64,000 nt of DNA from a bacterium (GTDB taxonomy: Bacteria > UBA8248). The stretch covers positions 704,001 through 768,000 of the forward strand of contig OZ241326.1 of the NCBI GenBank assembly GCA_965199855.1. Reading direction: 5' to 3'. The notes beneath the pieces are model-generated. The model searched no databases and was not told where the DNA came from. It saw nothing but the letters and a program-made list of their open reading frames with translations. Positions 17,581 to 28,244 of the stretch are shown here, one piece after another. How positions within the stretch are numbered: the stretch's first letter is position 1; each line of letters starts with the position of its first letter. Made by a program: the position numbers and the translations under genes.

Positions 17581-18573
17581 CTAGTCGGTGCGGACGTTCT
17601 TCGCCCACGCGCGGTTGGCCATATACCATTCGACCAGGCGCGCGAGGCCGTCCGCCAGATTCACCTCGGGCCGCCAGCCCAGAAGCCTTTCCGCCTTGTC
17701 GATGCTCGCCCAGGTGGCCTTCACGTCGGCGGGGTTCATCTCCTCGTGGCGGATGGCGGCTTTTTTCTCCGTGAGCGCCTCGATGCGGCGAATCGCGTCG
17801 TTCAGGGCGACGGGTTCGTCCGACCCCAGGTTGATGACTTCATAGGAGAGCGGCTTGAGGGCCGCGACCGTTCCCCGGGCGATGTCGTCCACGTAGGTGA
17901 AGTCGCGCCGCTGGGCGCCGTCCCCATAGACGAGGACGGGCCTTCCCTCGGCGATCCATTGCGTGAAGCGGAAGAGGCTCATGTCGGGCCGCCCCGCCGG
18001 GCCGTAGACGGTGAAGTAGCGCAGCACCGTCGCGTCGATCCCGAACAGGTGATGGTAGGCGTGGCAGAGCGCCTCGGCCGCCTTCTTGGAGGCGGCGTAG
18101 GGCGAGAGCGGCCTGTCGGCCGGGGCGTCCTCCCGAAACGGCATGGACGCCTCCGCCCCGTAGGCGCTCGAGGTGGAGGCGAGCACGAACTTCATGACGC
18201 CGAAGTCCTTGCAGAGCTCGAGCAGGTTCAGCGCGCCCGTGGCGTTGGTCTCGAAATACGCCCAGGGATCCTCGATGGACTGCCGCACGCCCGCGCGGGC
18301 GGCCAGGTTCAGGACGGCGGCGAAGGGCGGCGCGCCGCCCCCGGCGTTTTCCGCGAACAGCCGGCGCAGGGGGTCGAGCCGGGTGACGTCCCCTTTGCGG
18401 AAGACGAAGCCGGGGAGCGCCTTGAGGCGGGCGAGGCGGTAGTCCTTGAGCCGCGCGTCGTAGGCGTCGTTCATGCTGTCCAGGCCGACGACGGCGTGGC
18501 CCGCCTCCGCCAGAAGCTCGCACACCCTGGAGGCGATGAAGCCCGCCGCGCCCGTGACGAGATATTTGGCCAA
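17581..18573 (-). CDS. NAD-dependent nucleotide-sugar epimerase (UDP-glucuronate 4-epimerase-like)
   Basis: TTG start after GAGGAG; VTGAAGFI, LAARAGVR, YAASK, LRYFTVYGP.GRPDM. Confidence 0.92.
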   Translation of the reverse strand: MAKYLVTGAAGFIASRVCELLAEAGHAVVGLDSMNDAYDARLKDYRLARLKALPGFVFRKGDVTRLDPLRRLFAENAGGGAPPFAAVLNLAARAGVRQSIEDPWAYFETNATGALNLLELCKDFGVMKFVLASTSSAYGAEASMPFREDAPADRPLSPYAASKKAAEALCHAYHHLFGIDATVLRYFTVYGPAGRPDMSLFRFTQWIAEGRPVLVYGDGAQRRDFTYVDDIARGTVAALKPLSYEVINLGSDEPVALNDAIRRIEALTEKKAAIRHEEMNPADVKATWASIDKAERLLGWRPEVNLADGLARLVEWYMANRAWAKNVRTD

Positions 18574-18836
18574 TCCGCGCTCCTCCCCGCGACGCGCGCT
18601 TTCGCGCCGAAGACGGCGCACCCTATCAGAAGCGGGGCGGTTCGGACAAAATGATCGGGGAATCGCGCGCGCTTGAAGTCCGCGCCGTTTGTTCGTATGG
18701 TCGGCCTCTCCGCCCGAGCGGCGCATTTTGCATGGGCGAACGCATCCGCCGCCAGGGCCTCGGGGCGGCCTCTCGCCCGGGGGCGGGCGGCGTTCTCGTC
18801 CGATGAGTTCGCCCTGACGCGAATCGGGAATTTTCG

Positions 18837-19769
18837 ATGGCGAACGTGCTGGTGACGGGAGGGGCCGGGTTCATCGGCGGCCACTTGGCGGCGGCCTGCC
18901 TCGAGGCGGGCGATTCCGTCCGGGTGGTGGACAACCTCGCCTCCGGCGCGGCGGACAATCTTCCCGCCGGCGCCGTTTTTTACGAGGGCGACGTGGCCGA
19001 TGCGGACTTCATGCGCGGCCTGGTGAGCGAGGCGCGCCCGGCGCTCATCCACCATCTGGCGGCGCAGGCGAGCGTGGTGCGCGGTTTGGCCGATCCTCTC
19101 CTCGACGCGCGGGTGAACCTCATGGGGACGCTCGGCGTTCTGGAGGCGGCGCGGAGCCTGGATGCGCCGCCGAGAATCGTCTATGCCGCGACGGGCGGGG
19201 CCTGCTACGGCGACCCCGAAGGGGAGATCGTGGACGAGAGCTGCACCGTCGCCCCCTCCTCCCACTACGGAATGAGCAAGGCGGCGGGCGAGCGGTATGC
19301 CATGTTCTACGGCGAGGCTTTCGGGATGCCCGTCGTCTCGCTGCGTCTGGCCAACGTCTATGGGCCGGGACAGCGCGCGGATCTGGACGCGGGCGTCATC
19401 TCGATTTTCGCGGAGAAGCTGCTCCGGGGCGAGCCTGTCACTCTCTACGGACACGGGCGCGCGGGGCGCGATTACGTCCATGTGAAGGACGCGGTCGAGG
19501 CGTTCCTGACGGCGGCGAAGGGGGAAGCGGACGGCGGCGCCTACAACGTCGGCACCGGCGTCATCACCGAGGTGGAGACGCTCCTGGACGTCCTCTGCCG
19601 CAAGATGGGCAGGAAGCCCCGCGCCGTGGAGCGCGCGCCCCTGCGCGAGGGCGAGGTGTTCAGAATCGGTCTGGACGCGCGCGCGTTCCGGCGAAAAACC
19701 GGCTGGGCGCCCCGATACGCGCTCGGCGAGGGACTCGCCGATTTCGTGGAGTCCCTGAAGGCTTCGTAG
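18837..19769 (+). CDS. NAD-dependent epimerase/dehydratase (GalE-like)
   Basis: VTGGAGFIG, HLAAQ, YGMSK, RLANVYGP, RDYVHV. Confidence 0.92.
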   Translation: MANVLVTGGAGFIGGHLAAACLEAGDSVRVVDNLASGAADNLPAGAVFYEGDVADADFMRGLVSEARPALIHHLAAQASVVRGLADPLLDARVNLMGTLGVLEAARSLDAPPRIVYAATGGACYGDPEGEIVDESCTVAPSSHYGMSKAAGERYAMFYGEAFGMPVVSLRLANVYGPGQRADLDAGVISIFAEKLLRGEPVTLYGHGRAGRDYVHVKDAVEAFLTAAKGEADGGAYNVGTGVITEVETLLDVLCRKMGRKPRAVERAPLREGEVFRIGLDARAFRRKTGWAPRYALGEGLADFVESLKAS

Positions 19770-19837
19770 GCCGGCGGACGGCGAGCCGGGCGCGGAGCCG
19801 CGGCGAGACGAATCAAGCTCCCCGAAAAACGAAAAGC

Positions 19838-20266
19838 TTATGATGCCGGCAGGCGTCCATAGACCCGCCCGGGCTCGACCAGCACGGCGACGGCGCCTTG
19901 CTCGACCATCGCCCGGTCGTATTCCTCCCAGTCGGGGTGGTCCGAATCCCCGCACGCGCGATAGACCTCGCGGAACATCCGCCGCATCCGCTCCTTCTCG
20001 GTGTTCTCGTAGTCGAAGAGCCTGGCGTCGCCCTCCACGTTCACCCACGTTCGCCAGTCGGAGGTGACGCAGAGCACCGCGCATCGGGGGTTCGCGCGCA
20101 GGTTCCTGAGCTTCACCGACCAGCCGCGCACGATGACGAACGCCGCGCGACCCTCATGCGCTCCGCATACGATGACGCTCGAATGCGGCGATCCGTCCGG
20201 CCCCAGGGTCGTGACCACCCCTTTGTGGTTTTTCTCCAGAAATGGTCTTGCGTCCTCGAAATTCAT
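19838..20266 (-). CDS. PPOX-class split-barrel oxidoreductase, probably F420-dependent
   Basis: TTLGPDGSPH, KLRNLRANPR, WVNVEG, HPDWEEYDRAM. Confidence 0.85.
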   Translation of the reverse strand: MNFEDARPFLEKNHKGVVTTLGPDGSPHSSVIVCGAHEGRAAFVIVRGWSVKLRNLRANPRCAVLCVTSDWRTWVNVEGDARLFDYENTEKERMRRMFREVYRACGDSDHPDWEEYDRAMVEQGAVAVLVEPGRVYGRLPAS

Positions 20267-20353
20267 GGGATACCTCGCCGTGAGAGGGGTTTTCGATGCG
20301 CCTCATTGTAGCAGAAGTTCGTACCGGATGAGACGCCCGAAGGAGATTCGCCC

Positions 20354-20557
20354 ATGAGCCGTCCGCCGAGGGAACTCCGCTCGAAGCTTTGCGTTCACGC
20401 CTGCTGCGCGGAGCTGCTCAAGACCAGCAGGGCGTCGGAGACCCTCTATCGGGAGGCGCTCTCCCGCCTCGGAGAAAAGGGCCTGATCGCCCTCACCGGT
20501 TTTTGCTCGACCGTCTCCCTCACCCCCAACGCCTTCGAGATCCCGCCCGTGGAATGA
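20354..20557 (+). pseudogene. internally deleted carboxymuconolactone decarboxylase/AhpD-like gene
   Basis: AAGGAGA SD and ATG, followed almost at once by C-terminal-type sequence ELL.T.RASETLYREALSRLGEKGL...NAFEIP; only 67 aa. Confidence 0.55.
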
Positions 20558-22094
20558 GGGCGAGCGCGCCGGGGCGTTCTCGCGCGGGCGCGCGGCCGCT
20601 ATGCTGCGTCATGCCCAGGAGCTTCTCCTGAACGGCTTCGCTCCATGCGCCTTCCTCCATCCGCCAGCGCCAGTTGCCCTCCACGACGCCGGGGCGGTTC
20701 ATGCGCGCCTCGTTGCCGAGGCCGAGCGCGTCCTGCGCGGGCGTGACGGCGAGGGCGGCCCGCGACTGCAGCGCTGCGCGGATCATCGACCAGTGGATGT
20801 CCTCGGGTTCGCCCCCGAAGGTTCTGAGTGCCGTGGCGCGCGAGATGGCGAAGCCGGCAGGCGATTCGTTGTGGAGAATCGGGTCCGCCCCGTGAAACCA
20901 GCCCTGGGCGGTGTCGTTGTCGTGCGTGCCGGTATAGACCACGGCGTTCTCGGGGACGTTGTGGGGAAGATGGGGATTTTCCGGACTGCCGTCGAAGGCG
21001 AACTGCAAAACGCGCATTCCGGGCAGCCCGAACCGCTCCCGCAGGGCGTGAACGTCTTCGTCCACCGCGCCCAGATCCTCGGCGATGAGCGGGAGCGGGC
21101 CGAATTCCCCCTCCAGCGCGTGGAAGAAGGCTTCTCCCGGCCCTTCGCGCCAGGCGCCTTCCTTCGGCGATTCCGCATCGGCCGGAATCGCCCAGAAGCG
21201 CGCGAAGCCGATAAAGTGATCGAGGCGCAGGGCGTCGAACCGCGCGACGTTCGCGGCGAAGCGCGTCTTCCACCAGGCGAAATTCTCCTCCGCGTGCGCC
21301 GCCCAGTCGTAGAGGGGGTTTCCCCAGTGCTGGCCATCGCGGTTGAAGTAGTCGGGCGGGGCGCCGGCGAAGGCGCGCGGCCGGCGGGCCTCGTCGAGCT
21401 CGAACAGGTGCGTCCGCGCCCATACGTCCGCCGAATCATGGGCGACGTAGATAGGGATGTCGCCGATGAGGCCGACCCCGTTTCGCGCGGCGTACTCCCT
21501 GAGCGCGCCCCAGTGGCGGTGAAAGATGAACTGCTCGAAGAGCGCGCGGCGAACGTTCGCGCCAAAGGCCGGGTCGTCGGGATCCTGGCGCTTCGCGTCC
21601 TCCGGCCACGTCCACCAGGGGGAGCCGCCGAAGGCGCGCTTGAGCGCCCGGAACCTCGCGTAGTCGCCAAGCCAGCCCGCGTTCGCCTCGCAAAACGCCT
21701 CATAGGCGGCGTCCGGCCCGCCCTCGCTCTCGAACGCCCGGAACGCCTTCTCCAGCAGCGCTTCGCTCGCCCGGAGTGCCTGGGGGTATCCGGCTCCGCG
21801 GGCCTCGGGCGCTCGGTGGGCTTTCAGGTCTTCTCGGGAGAGAAGGCCCTCCTCGGCGAGGCGCTCGGGCGATATGAGCAGCGGGCTGCCCGCGAACGTG
21901 GAGGAGGAGACGTAAGGGGAGCCCGTCTCGTCCGTCGGGCATACGGGCAGGGTCTGCCACCAGGACTGGCCGGAGGCCTTGAGGCGATCCACGAAGTCGA
22001 ACGCCCCTGGGCCGATGTCGCCGAAGGCCCCCTCGCCCGGAAGCGACGTGGGATGCAGCAGGACGCCGCTGCTTCTCGCGTGAAGCGGTTTCAT
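20520..22094 (-). CDS. malQ: 4-alpha-glucanotransferase (GH77)
   Basis: SGVLLHPTSLP, GDIPIYV, GQHWGNPLYDW, RLDHFIGF, IAEDLG, YTGTHDNDT. Confidence 0.96.
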   Translation of the reverse strand: MKPLHARSSGVLLHPTSLPGEGAFGDIGPGAFDFVDRLKASGQSWWQTLPVCPTDETGSPYVSSSTFAGSPLLISPERLAEEGLLSREDLKAHRAPEARGAGYPQALRASEALLEKAFRAFESEGGPDAAYEAFCEANAGWLGDYARFRALKRAFGGSPWWTWPEDAKRQDPDDPAFGANVRRALFEQFIFHRHWGALREYAARNGVGLIGDIPIYVAHDSADVWARTHLFELDEARRPRAFAGAPPDYFNRDGQHWGNPLYDWAAHAEENFAWWKTRFAANVARFDALRLDHFIGFARFWAIPADAESPKEGAWREGPGEAFFHALEGEFGPLPLIAEDLGAVDEDVHALRERFGLPGMRVLQFAFDGSPENPHLPHNVPENAVVYTGTHDNDTAQGWFHGADPILHNESPAGFAISRATALRTFGGEPEDIHWSMIRAALQSRAALAVTPAQDALGLGNEARMNRPGVVEGNWRWRMEEGAWSEAVQEKLLGMTQHSGRAPARERPGALALIPRAGSRRRWG

Positions 22095-22368
22095 GTTCAC
22101 AACCCGTCCATTGGAGAAATCCTCGGCGCCCTCGCGTCGCGCCCCACGTTCACGGAAATATATGGCGCGCCGCGCCGCGCGTTCAAGCGCCTGGCGCATG
22201 AAGCGGGAGAAAGCGGTCGGGAGAGGGGCGGGGCCATGCCGCGGCCTTTTGGGAGTTCAGGTTTTCCTCGCCGACTGGCCGCGGTTCGAAGGATGTTCAT
22301 GGCCGGAGACGTCTCTTCAAGCCGTCAAATGAGCCGCCGCGGGATTTCCCGGGCGCGCGGGCGCGGCC

Positions 22369-23589
22369 TCAAAGAAGCAGGCGGTCGTCCATGCGGGAGC
22401 GCGTCAGCACCTCATGTCCGTCCTCGGTGATGAGCACGGTCTCCTCAATGCGCGCGCCGCCTCCGCCCTTGACGCCGGGGACCCAGATGAGCGGCTCTAT
22501 GGCGAACACCATGCCCGGCTCGAGGGCGACCTCTTCCGAATCCGGGTCCGGCTCGCCGATATAGGGCGGCTCGTTGGGCGACGTGCCCACCGCGTGGCCG
22601 ATACTCAGCGCGAACCAGTTTTTCCGCAATCCGTATTTCTCGCCCGTCTCCCAAATCCGATCCGCCACCTGCTTGTTCGTAAAGCCGGGGCGCGCGCGCT
22701 CGAGCCCCAGCTGAAGGGACTCATGGACGGCGGTGTAGATTTCCTTTTGTCGTCTGGAGGGTTTTCCGCAGATCATGGTTCGGGCCACGTCTCCGAAATA
22801 TCCGTTCCACTGCGCTCCGATGTCGATGAACACCAAATCGCCGCTTCGGATGATTTTGTCGCTCGCGAAGCGGTAGGGCGGCGACATGTGCTCGCCCGAG
22901 GCGACGAAGGGGGAGACCAGATGCGCCATCTCGCCCCCGTAGCGATGGAGAACTTTCATGGCGTCCGCCGCTACGCCGCACTCGCGCTTTCCCGCCTTCA
23001 CGCTGTCCATGGCCTCTTCGTTCACGGCATCGGCGATTGCGCAGGCCTCTCGAATCATATAGACCTCTTCGGGCATCTTGCGCCGCCGCACCTTGTGCAT
23101 GAGCGAGTCGCCGTTCACGAATTCCACGTCATCCAGAAGCCTCTGGTAGGCGGTGAACTGGATGAATGTCATCAGATCGAGCCCCACCTTCTTCCCGATG
23201 AGGCCCATCTCTTCAAAGAGGGGGCGCAGGGTTTCCCGGACCATCTTGTCCACGAGCGGCTGCTCTTCCAACTTCGCCAAGTGATGGAATTTCTCTATCC
23301 AGGGCATGTCGCGCGAGACGCGGGGTATCTCCCCCCCGTTCGTCATGACGTGCGCTTTGCCCGTTTGCGGGAGGATGACCGCGTTTCTCGTTCCTTCGCG
23401 GTGCGCCAGAAAAGAGGAGCGCATGCTCGTGAGGTAGCGGACGTTTTCCACCTTCCAGAGGAAAAGGGCGTTGATGCCCGCTTCGGCCATCGCTTTTTGC
23501 GCCTTCTCCACGCGCTTTCGGCGCAATGCCCCCACGTCGACGCGCTCCTCGTAGTCCACGATGAATTGACCGCGCGCGAATCCCGTCAT
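22369..23589 (-). CDS. M24 Xaa-Pro peptidase family protein
   Basis: AGGAGG SD; FIDIG..GYFGDVART, GHAVG, AIEP, RIEET. Confidence 0.9.
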   Translation of the reverse strand: MTGFARGQFIVDYEERVDVGALRRKRVEKAQKAMAEAGINALFLWKVENVRYLTSMRSSFLAHREGTRNAVILPQTGKAHVMTNGGEIPRVSRDMPWIEKFHHLAKLEEQPLVDKMVRETLRPLFEEMGLIGKKVGLDLMTFIQFTAYQRLLDDVEFVNGDSLMHKVRRRKMPEEVYMIREACAIADAVNEEAMDSVKAGKRECGVAADAMKVLHRYGGEMAHLVSPFVASGEHMSPPYRFASDKIIRSGDLVFIDIGAQWNGYFGDVARTMICGKPSRRQKEIYTAVHESLQLGLERARPGFTNKQVADRIWETGEKYGLRKNWFALSIGHAVGTSPNEPPYIGEPDPDSEEVALEPGMVFAIEPLIWVPGVKGGGGARIEETVLITEDGHEVLTRSRMDDRLLL

Positions 23590-23636
23590 CAGGCTCGCCT
23601 CCTCCCTGCGGCGAAAGGACAAAGCCGCCTCCCGGC

Positions 23637-24017
23637 TCAGGATTCCTCCACCAGTTCGATCAGGACGTCGTCGGGCGCCTTGATGAAGGCCGTCCTCGAG
23701 CCCAGAACGCCCTCTCCCGGCTTTTTCGTGAAGGCGACGCCCGCCCGCTCCAGACGCCCGGCGAATTCATCGAGTCCTTCAACCTGAATCCCGAAGTGGT
23801 GGAGTCCGCGACCCGCCTTCGCCGTCGCGTCGTCCTCGTCGGCCCTGAGGCCGCGAATCCGAACCTCTATTTCGCCGAGCATCACGCTGATGTAGGGGGA
23901 GCCCCTGTATTCGATCTCGGGCGTGAACAGCTTGGCGCCGAAGTGGTTGATGTAGAATTCCGCCGCCGCCTGCGGGTCTTTGGCGACGTGGTGCACGTGA
24001 TGGGTCCGGGTAGCCAT
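23637..24017 (-). CDS. VOC/glyoxalase family protein
   Basis: HHVH...AAEFY..FG, LHHFGI, FIKAPDDVLIELVE. Confidence 0.9.
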   Translation of the reverse strand: MATRTHHVHHVAKDPQAAAEFYINHFGAKLFTPEIEYRGSPYISVMLGEIEVRIRGLRADEDDATAKAGRGLHHFGIQVEGLDEFAGRLERAGVAFTKKPGEGVLGSRTAFIKAPDDVLIELVEES

Positions 24018-24036
24018 GCCTTTTCCTCCCCTTGTT

Positions 24037-25314
24037 TTAGAGGCCGTCCCCGACGGAGACGTAGGCGCCGCCCGGCACCGGGTTTTCCTCCTCGCTTCGC
24101 GCGCCCCATTGGCCGGTGATGGCGTACATCGCCCGCACCTTCTTCATGTTGTTTCCCCCGTCGCTGGAGAAGAGCATGTTGTGCGCGTCCCGGAACCACT
24201 TTTCCAGGAAGTTCTCGCGCTGAACGCCCACGCCCGCGTGGATTTCCATCGCCATCTTCGTGACGTCGCAGGATATCTCGTGCGCGAACGCGCTGGCCGA
24301 GAGCGTCATGGGCGGGTCAATTGGAATTTCGCCGCGCATGTCCTGACGCCACGCCGCGTGGTGCACGTAGGCGCGCGCCGCCTGGGTTTTCGTGTACATA
24401 TCCACGAGCTTGACGCCGATCGATTGGTGCTCCGAGATGGGACGCCCGCTCTGCACCCGGCTCTGCGCGAACTCGAGCGACTTCTCGTAGGCGGCGCGCG
24501 CCACGCCGATCTGCCCCGCCGCGTTGATGAGGGCGTCGCCGCGCAGGTGCCGCCTGATGTATGAAACGCCGCAGTTCTCGGGGCCGAGGCGGTATTTCGC
24601 GGGAATCACCGCGTTCTCGAAGATGATCTCCGCGTTCTGGTTCAGGCGGTAGCCCATCTTGTTGTGCACCTTGCCCATCCGGATGCCGGGCGCGTCCATG
24701 GGCACCATGAGGAGGGAGGCTCCCTGCTCAACGCCCGCGTCGGGGTTCGTGCGGACGAACGTGAACATGAGCCGCGCCCAGCCCACGTTGGAGATGAAAT
24801 GCTTTTTCCCGTTGACGATGTAGTTGTCGCCGTCGAGCGCGGCGGTGGTCTGGTATCCGCCGTCCGCTCCGTTGTAGGGCAGCTGATTCTCCGATCCCGA
24901 GGCGGGCTCCGTCGTCGCCGTGCCGATGAGGAACGTGGGGTCTTTCACGTACTCGCGCATCCAGTAGTCCGCCAGCTCCGGGTCGCCCAGAAGTTCGCTC
25001 GTGAGGATGTGGGAGATCTTCGTGGAGGAAAGCATGAAGCCAGTGGCGCCCCGGTCTCCCCAGGATATTTCCTCGCCTACGATGCAGTGCGTCAAGAGAT
25101 CGCTGACGCCGCCACCGCCGTATTCCTTGGGGATGCTCATCGTTCTCAGGCCGCACTTGTCGAGTTTCTCGAGCAGGTGCGGCATGTAGGCGCACTTGAG
25201 GGGGTCTTCCTGATGGTCCAGCTCCAGGCTGATGGGCCTGATTTCGTCCCGCGCGAATTCATGCGCGATACGCTGATACTCTTTCTGCTCCTCGGTCATC
25301 CGATAGTCGTACAT
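24037..25314 (-). CDS. acyl-CoA dehydrogenase family protein
   Basis: IPKEYGGGG, TEPASGS, NGKKHFISN, KMGYR, EKWFRDA; ATG at 25314 after GGAAGGA. Confidence 0.93.
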   Translation of the reverse strand: MYDYRMTEEQKEYQRIAHEFARDEIRPISLELDHQEDPLKCAYMPHLLEKLDKCGLRTMSIPKEYGGGGVSDLLTHCIVGEEISWGDRGATGFMLSSTKISHILTSELLGDPELADYWMREYVKDPTFLIGTATTEPASGSENQLPYNGADGGYQTTAALDGDNYIVNGKKHFISNVGWARLMFTFVRTNPDAGVEQGASLLMVPMDAPGIRMGKVHNKMGYRLNQNAEIIFENAVIPAKYRLGPENCGVSYIRRHLRGDALINAAGQIGVARAAYEKSLEFAQSRVQSGRPISEHQSIGVKLVDMYTKTQAARAYVHHAAWRQDMRGEIPIDPPMTLSASAFAHEISCDVTKMAMEIHAGVGVQRENFLEKWFRDAHNMLFSSDGGNNMKKVRAMYAITGQWGARSEEENPVPGGAYVSVGDGL

Positions 25315-25364
25315 GGGTCTCCTTCCTTCCCGATTGATGGACGGATCCGCTCCGCCGCTTGTCC

Positions 25365-26396
25365 CTAGTCGCCTTCCGCGATCACCTCGGCCACTTCCAC
25401 CGGCTCGCCCCGCTCCCAGGAGCGCATGGCCGCCCACACGGCGCCCAAGACGTGAAGTCCTTCGGGTCCGCCGACCTCGGGCGGGCGGCTCTCCCGAACG
25501 GCGCCGGCGAAATCCTCGAATTCTTCCACTATGTAATCGTGCCCGGGATATTCCTCGTAGGAAATTTCCTCTCGTTTCGTCCCGTCTTTTTTCAGGATTT
25601 TAATCCCCTCCCATCTGTCGTGGTAGAGGTTCGCCGCATCGCCGTAAGCGTTCATGAAGTAGGTGTATCGCCCGTTCGGCGTGCGGGGGCTGATGAAGCT
25701 CGTCCCCAAGGTGCCGAGCAGGCCGGATTCGAACTCGAACCAGACGACGCTCACGTCGGGAATTTCTGATTTCGTCTTCACCTTGCTGAAGGCCGCCGAG
25801 GCGCGCTTGATGGGCCCGAACAGATACAAGAGGTTGTCCACTTGGTGGATGGCCACCTGAAGCAACGGACCGCCGGGCGAGCCATCCGCATACCATTGCC
25901 AGTTCTCCGGCGTGTAGTGAAGCCCCCGGTCGTTCGAGTAGTTGGTCTCGGCCATCGCCAGGGTTCCGACGACGCCCTCATCCAGCAGTTTCTTGAAGAG
26001 GCGGTGTCCCCTAAGCCTTCTCGAGCTTGCGCCGACCGCCAGGGTGACGCCGGCGTCCTCGCACGCGCGAATCATCATCTTCGCATCCGGCAGGGAAGCG
26101 GCGATCGGCTTGTCGACGAACACGTGCTTTCCCCGCTCGGCGGCCGAGACGGCGAGCTCCGCGTGGTGGTTGTTGGGCGCGGCGATGACCACGGCGTCCA
26201 CCTCCGGGTTCTCGACCACCGCCTCGTAGCTTTCCTCCTGGCCGCACGAGAATTTTTCGCTGAACGCCCGGCGCTTATCGGGCGTTCTCGTGAAGCACGT
26301 GACGATTTTCAGGCCGGGCGTCTTGACGATCTGGGTCGCCAAGGTGTTGCCCCAGCGGCCCAGCCCGACCACGGCCACTCTGAACGGATCGCTCAT
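25365..26396 (-). CDS. Gfo/Idh/MocA family oxidoreductase
   Basis: VGLGRWG, GKHVFVDKPIA, IHQVD. Confidence 0.92.
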   Translation of the reverse strand: MSDPFRVAVVGLGRWGNTLATQIVKTPGLKIVTCFTRTPDKRRAFSEKFSCGQEESYEAVVENPEVDAVVIAAPNNHHAELAVSAAERGKHVFVDKPIAASLPDAKMMIRACEDAGVTLAVGASSRRLRGHRLFKKLLDEGVVGTLAMAETNYSNDRGLHYTPENWQWYADGSPGGPLLQVAIHQVDNLLYLFGPIKRASAAFSKVKTKSEIPDVSVVWFEFESGLLGTLGTSFISPRTPNGRYTYFMNAYGDAANLYHDRWEGIKILKKDGTKREEISYEEYPGHDYIVEEFEDFAGAVRESRPPEVGGPEGLHVLGAVWAAMRSWERGEPVEVAEVIAEGD

Positions 26397-26424
26397 CAGG
26401 TTTTCTCCTCGCTCTCTGGCAAAT

Positions 26425-27312
26425 TCACAGCGACTTCAAGCGCGGGTCTAAAACGTTTCTCAGCCAGTCGCCCACGAGGTTCGCTCCGAGGACCGTCACC
26501 GTGATAGCCGCGCCGGGCAGGGTGACGACCCACCAGGAAGTGTAGAGATGCACCTTTCCATCGCTGAGCAGGCCGCCCCAGGTGGGCGTGGGCGGCGGGA
26601 CGCCCAGCCCCAGAAAGCTCAGGCCCGCTTCGATGATGATCATCCGACCCAGATACAGGGATGCGATGATGATGACGGGGGCTAGGATGTTCGGGAGAAT
26701 GTGGCGCGTGATGACGCGAAAATGACTGCCGCCGATGCTCCTTGCCGCCTGGACGAACTCCTGCTCCCGGAGCGTGAGCACCTCGCCGCGCACAACGCGG
26801 GCGTAGATGACCCAGATTCGCATCGACATAACGAGTATCAGCACGACGAGGCTCGGCCCCACGATGGCGATGGTCGCCAGCGCCAGCAGGATGAATGGAA
26901 AGGAGAGTGCCAGATCCACGAAGCGCATGAGCAGAAAGTCCACCTTCCCGCCGAAGTAGCCCGCCGCCAGGCCGACGAAGAGCCCGAAGCATCCGGTGAG
27001 CAGAACGGCGAAGAAACCGACCATAAGCGAAATGCGCGCGCCGTAGATGAGCCGGCTCAGGAAGTCCCGGCCCAGATGGTCCGTCCCGAGAAGAAAGATG
27101 CTGTCGCCGTCGGACCACAGGGGCGGCTTGAGGTTCCGGCTCAGGAGCTGCGCCTGTGGGTCCATCGGCGCGATCAGAGGGGCGAAGAGCGCCGTCATCA
27201 CCACGCACGCCAGGATCGCGCAGCCGAGGAGGGCGGATTTGTCCTTCCATAAGGATCTCCACACCCTCGCGCGCTCGGGGAACTCCTCGCGCTCGGCGGA
27301 TTCTCCGGCCAT
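26425..27312 (-). CDS. peptide/nickel ABC transporter permease (DppC/OppC-like)
   Basis: LGTDHLGRD.LSRLIYGAR, EFVQAARSIG, HILPN, PTWG. Confidence 0.93.
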   Translation of the reverse strand: MAGESAEREEFPERARVWRSLWKDKSALLGCAILACVVMTALFAPLIAPMDPQAQLLSRNLKPPLWSDGDSIFLLGTDHLGRDFLSRLIYGARISLMVGFFAVLLTGCFGLFVGLAAGYFGGKVDFLLMRFVDLALSFPFILLALATIAIVGPSLVVLILVMSMRIWVIYARVVRGEVLTLREQEFVQAARSIGGSHFRVITRHILPNILAPVIIIASLYLGRMIIIEAGLSFLGLGVPPPTPTWGGLLSDGKVHLYTSWWVVTLPGAAITVTVLGANLVGDWLRNVLDPRLKSL

Positions 27313-27326
27313 CGGCGACCCTTCTC

Positions 27327-28244
27327 TCATTCGTATGAAATCCGCGGATCGAGCCAAGCATAGACGATGTCCACCCCCAGATTGATGAGCACGAATCCGG
27401 ACGCCAGGATGAACACGGCGGACTGGACGATCGGAAAATCGCGGTTCGCGATCGCCTCGACCACCAGACGCCCGACGCCAGGCCAGGCGAAAACGACCTC
27501 AATGATCACGGTGCCGCCCAGAAGAATCCCTAGGTCCAGCCCCATGACGGTGACGACGGGAATGGAGGAGTTCTTAAGGGCGTGAACCATGATCACGATT
27601 TTTTCGTTCAGCCCCTTCGCCCGCGCCGTCGTGATGTAGTCCTGGCGCATCACCTCGAGCATCTGGGAGCGCATCAGCCTCGCGAGCCGGGCGAGGTGGT
27701 ATGTCGAGGCGGCGAAGGCCGGCATGATGAAGTGCTCCCACCCGCCGCGCCCGAAAGAGGGCAGAAGCCCCAGCGTAACGGAGAAGAACATGATTAACAT
27801 AATCGCCAGCCAGAAGTCGGGAATCGCCTGGATCAGCACCGTGCCGCCGACGCAGCTTTTGTCGTAGGCCGAGCCTTCCTTGGAGGCGGCGAGGCACCCG
27901 AAGGGGATTCCGATGATTACGGCGAAGGCGAAGGCGCCGACCGCCATCTCTATCGTCGCCGGGAAATGCTCCAGGACGAGGCCCATGGCCGATTCGCCGT
28001 GCTCGGTGGACTCGCCGAAGTTCCCCCGCAAGGCGTTCGAGAGGAAGCGCGCGTATTGGACGTAGAGCGGCTGGTCGAATCCCATGAGTTTTCGCAGATG
28101 AGCGATGTCTTCCTGGGTCGCGTCCGTGTCGAGCATCACCATGACGGGGTCGCCCGTCATGTGAAGCAGAAGAAACACGATGATCATGACGCACTTGATG
28201 AGGACGACCGCCTGAATCAAGCGCTTGAAGACATATCCGGCCAT
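27327..28244 (-). CDS. peptide/nickel ABC transporter permease (DppB/OppB-like)
   Basis: GFDQPLYVQY, DYITTARAKGL, HALKNS, EVVFAWPG.G, RDFP. Confidence 0.93.
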   Translation of the reverse strand: MAGYVFKRLIQAVVLIKCVMIIVFLLLHMTGDPVMVMLDTDATQEDIAHLRKLMGFDQPLYVQYARFLSNALRGNFGESTEHGESAMGLVLEHFPATIEMAVGAFAFAVIIGIPFGCLAASKEGSAYDKSCVGGTVLIQAIPDFWLAIMLIMFFSVTLGLLPSFGRGGWEHFIMPAFAASTYHLARLARLMRSQMLEVMRQDYITTARAKGLNEKIVIMVHALKNSSIPVVTVMGLDLGILLGGTVIIEVVFAWPGVGRLVVEAIANRDFPIVQSAVFILASGFVLINLGVDIVYAWLDPRISYE

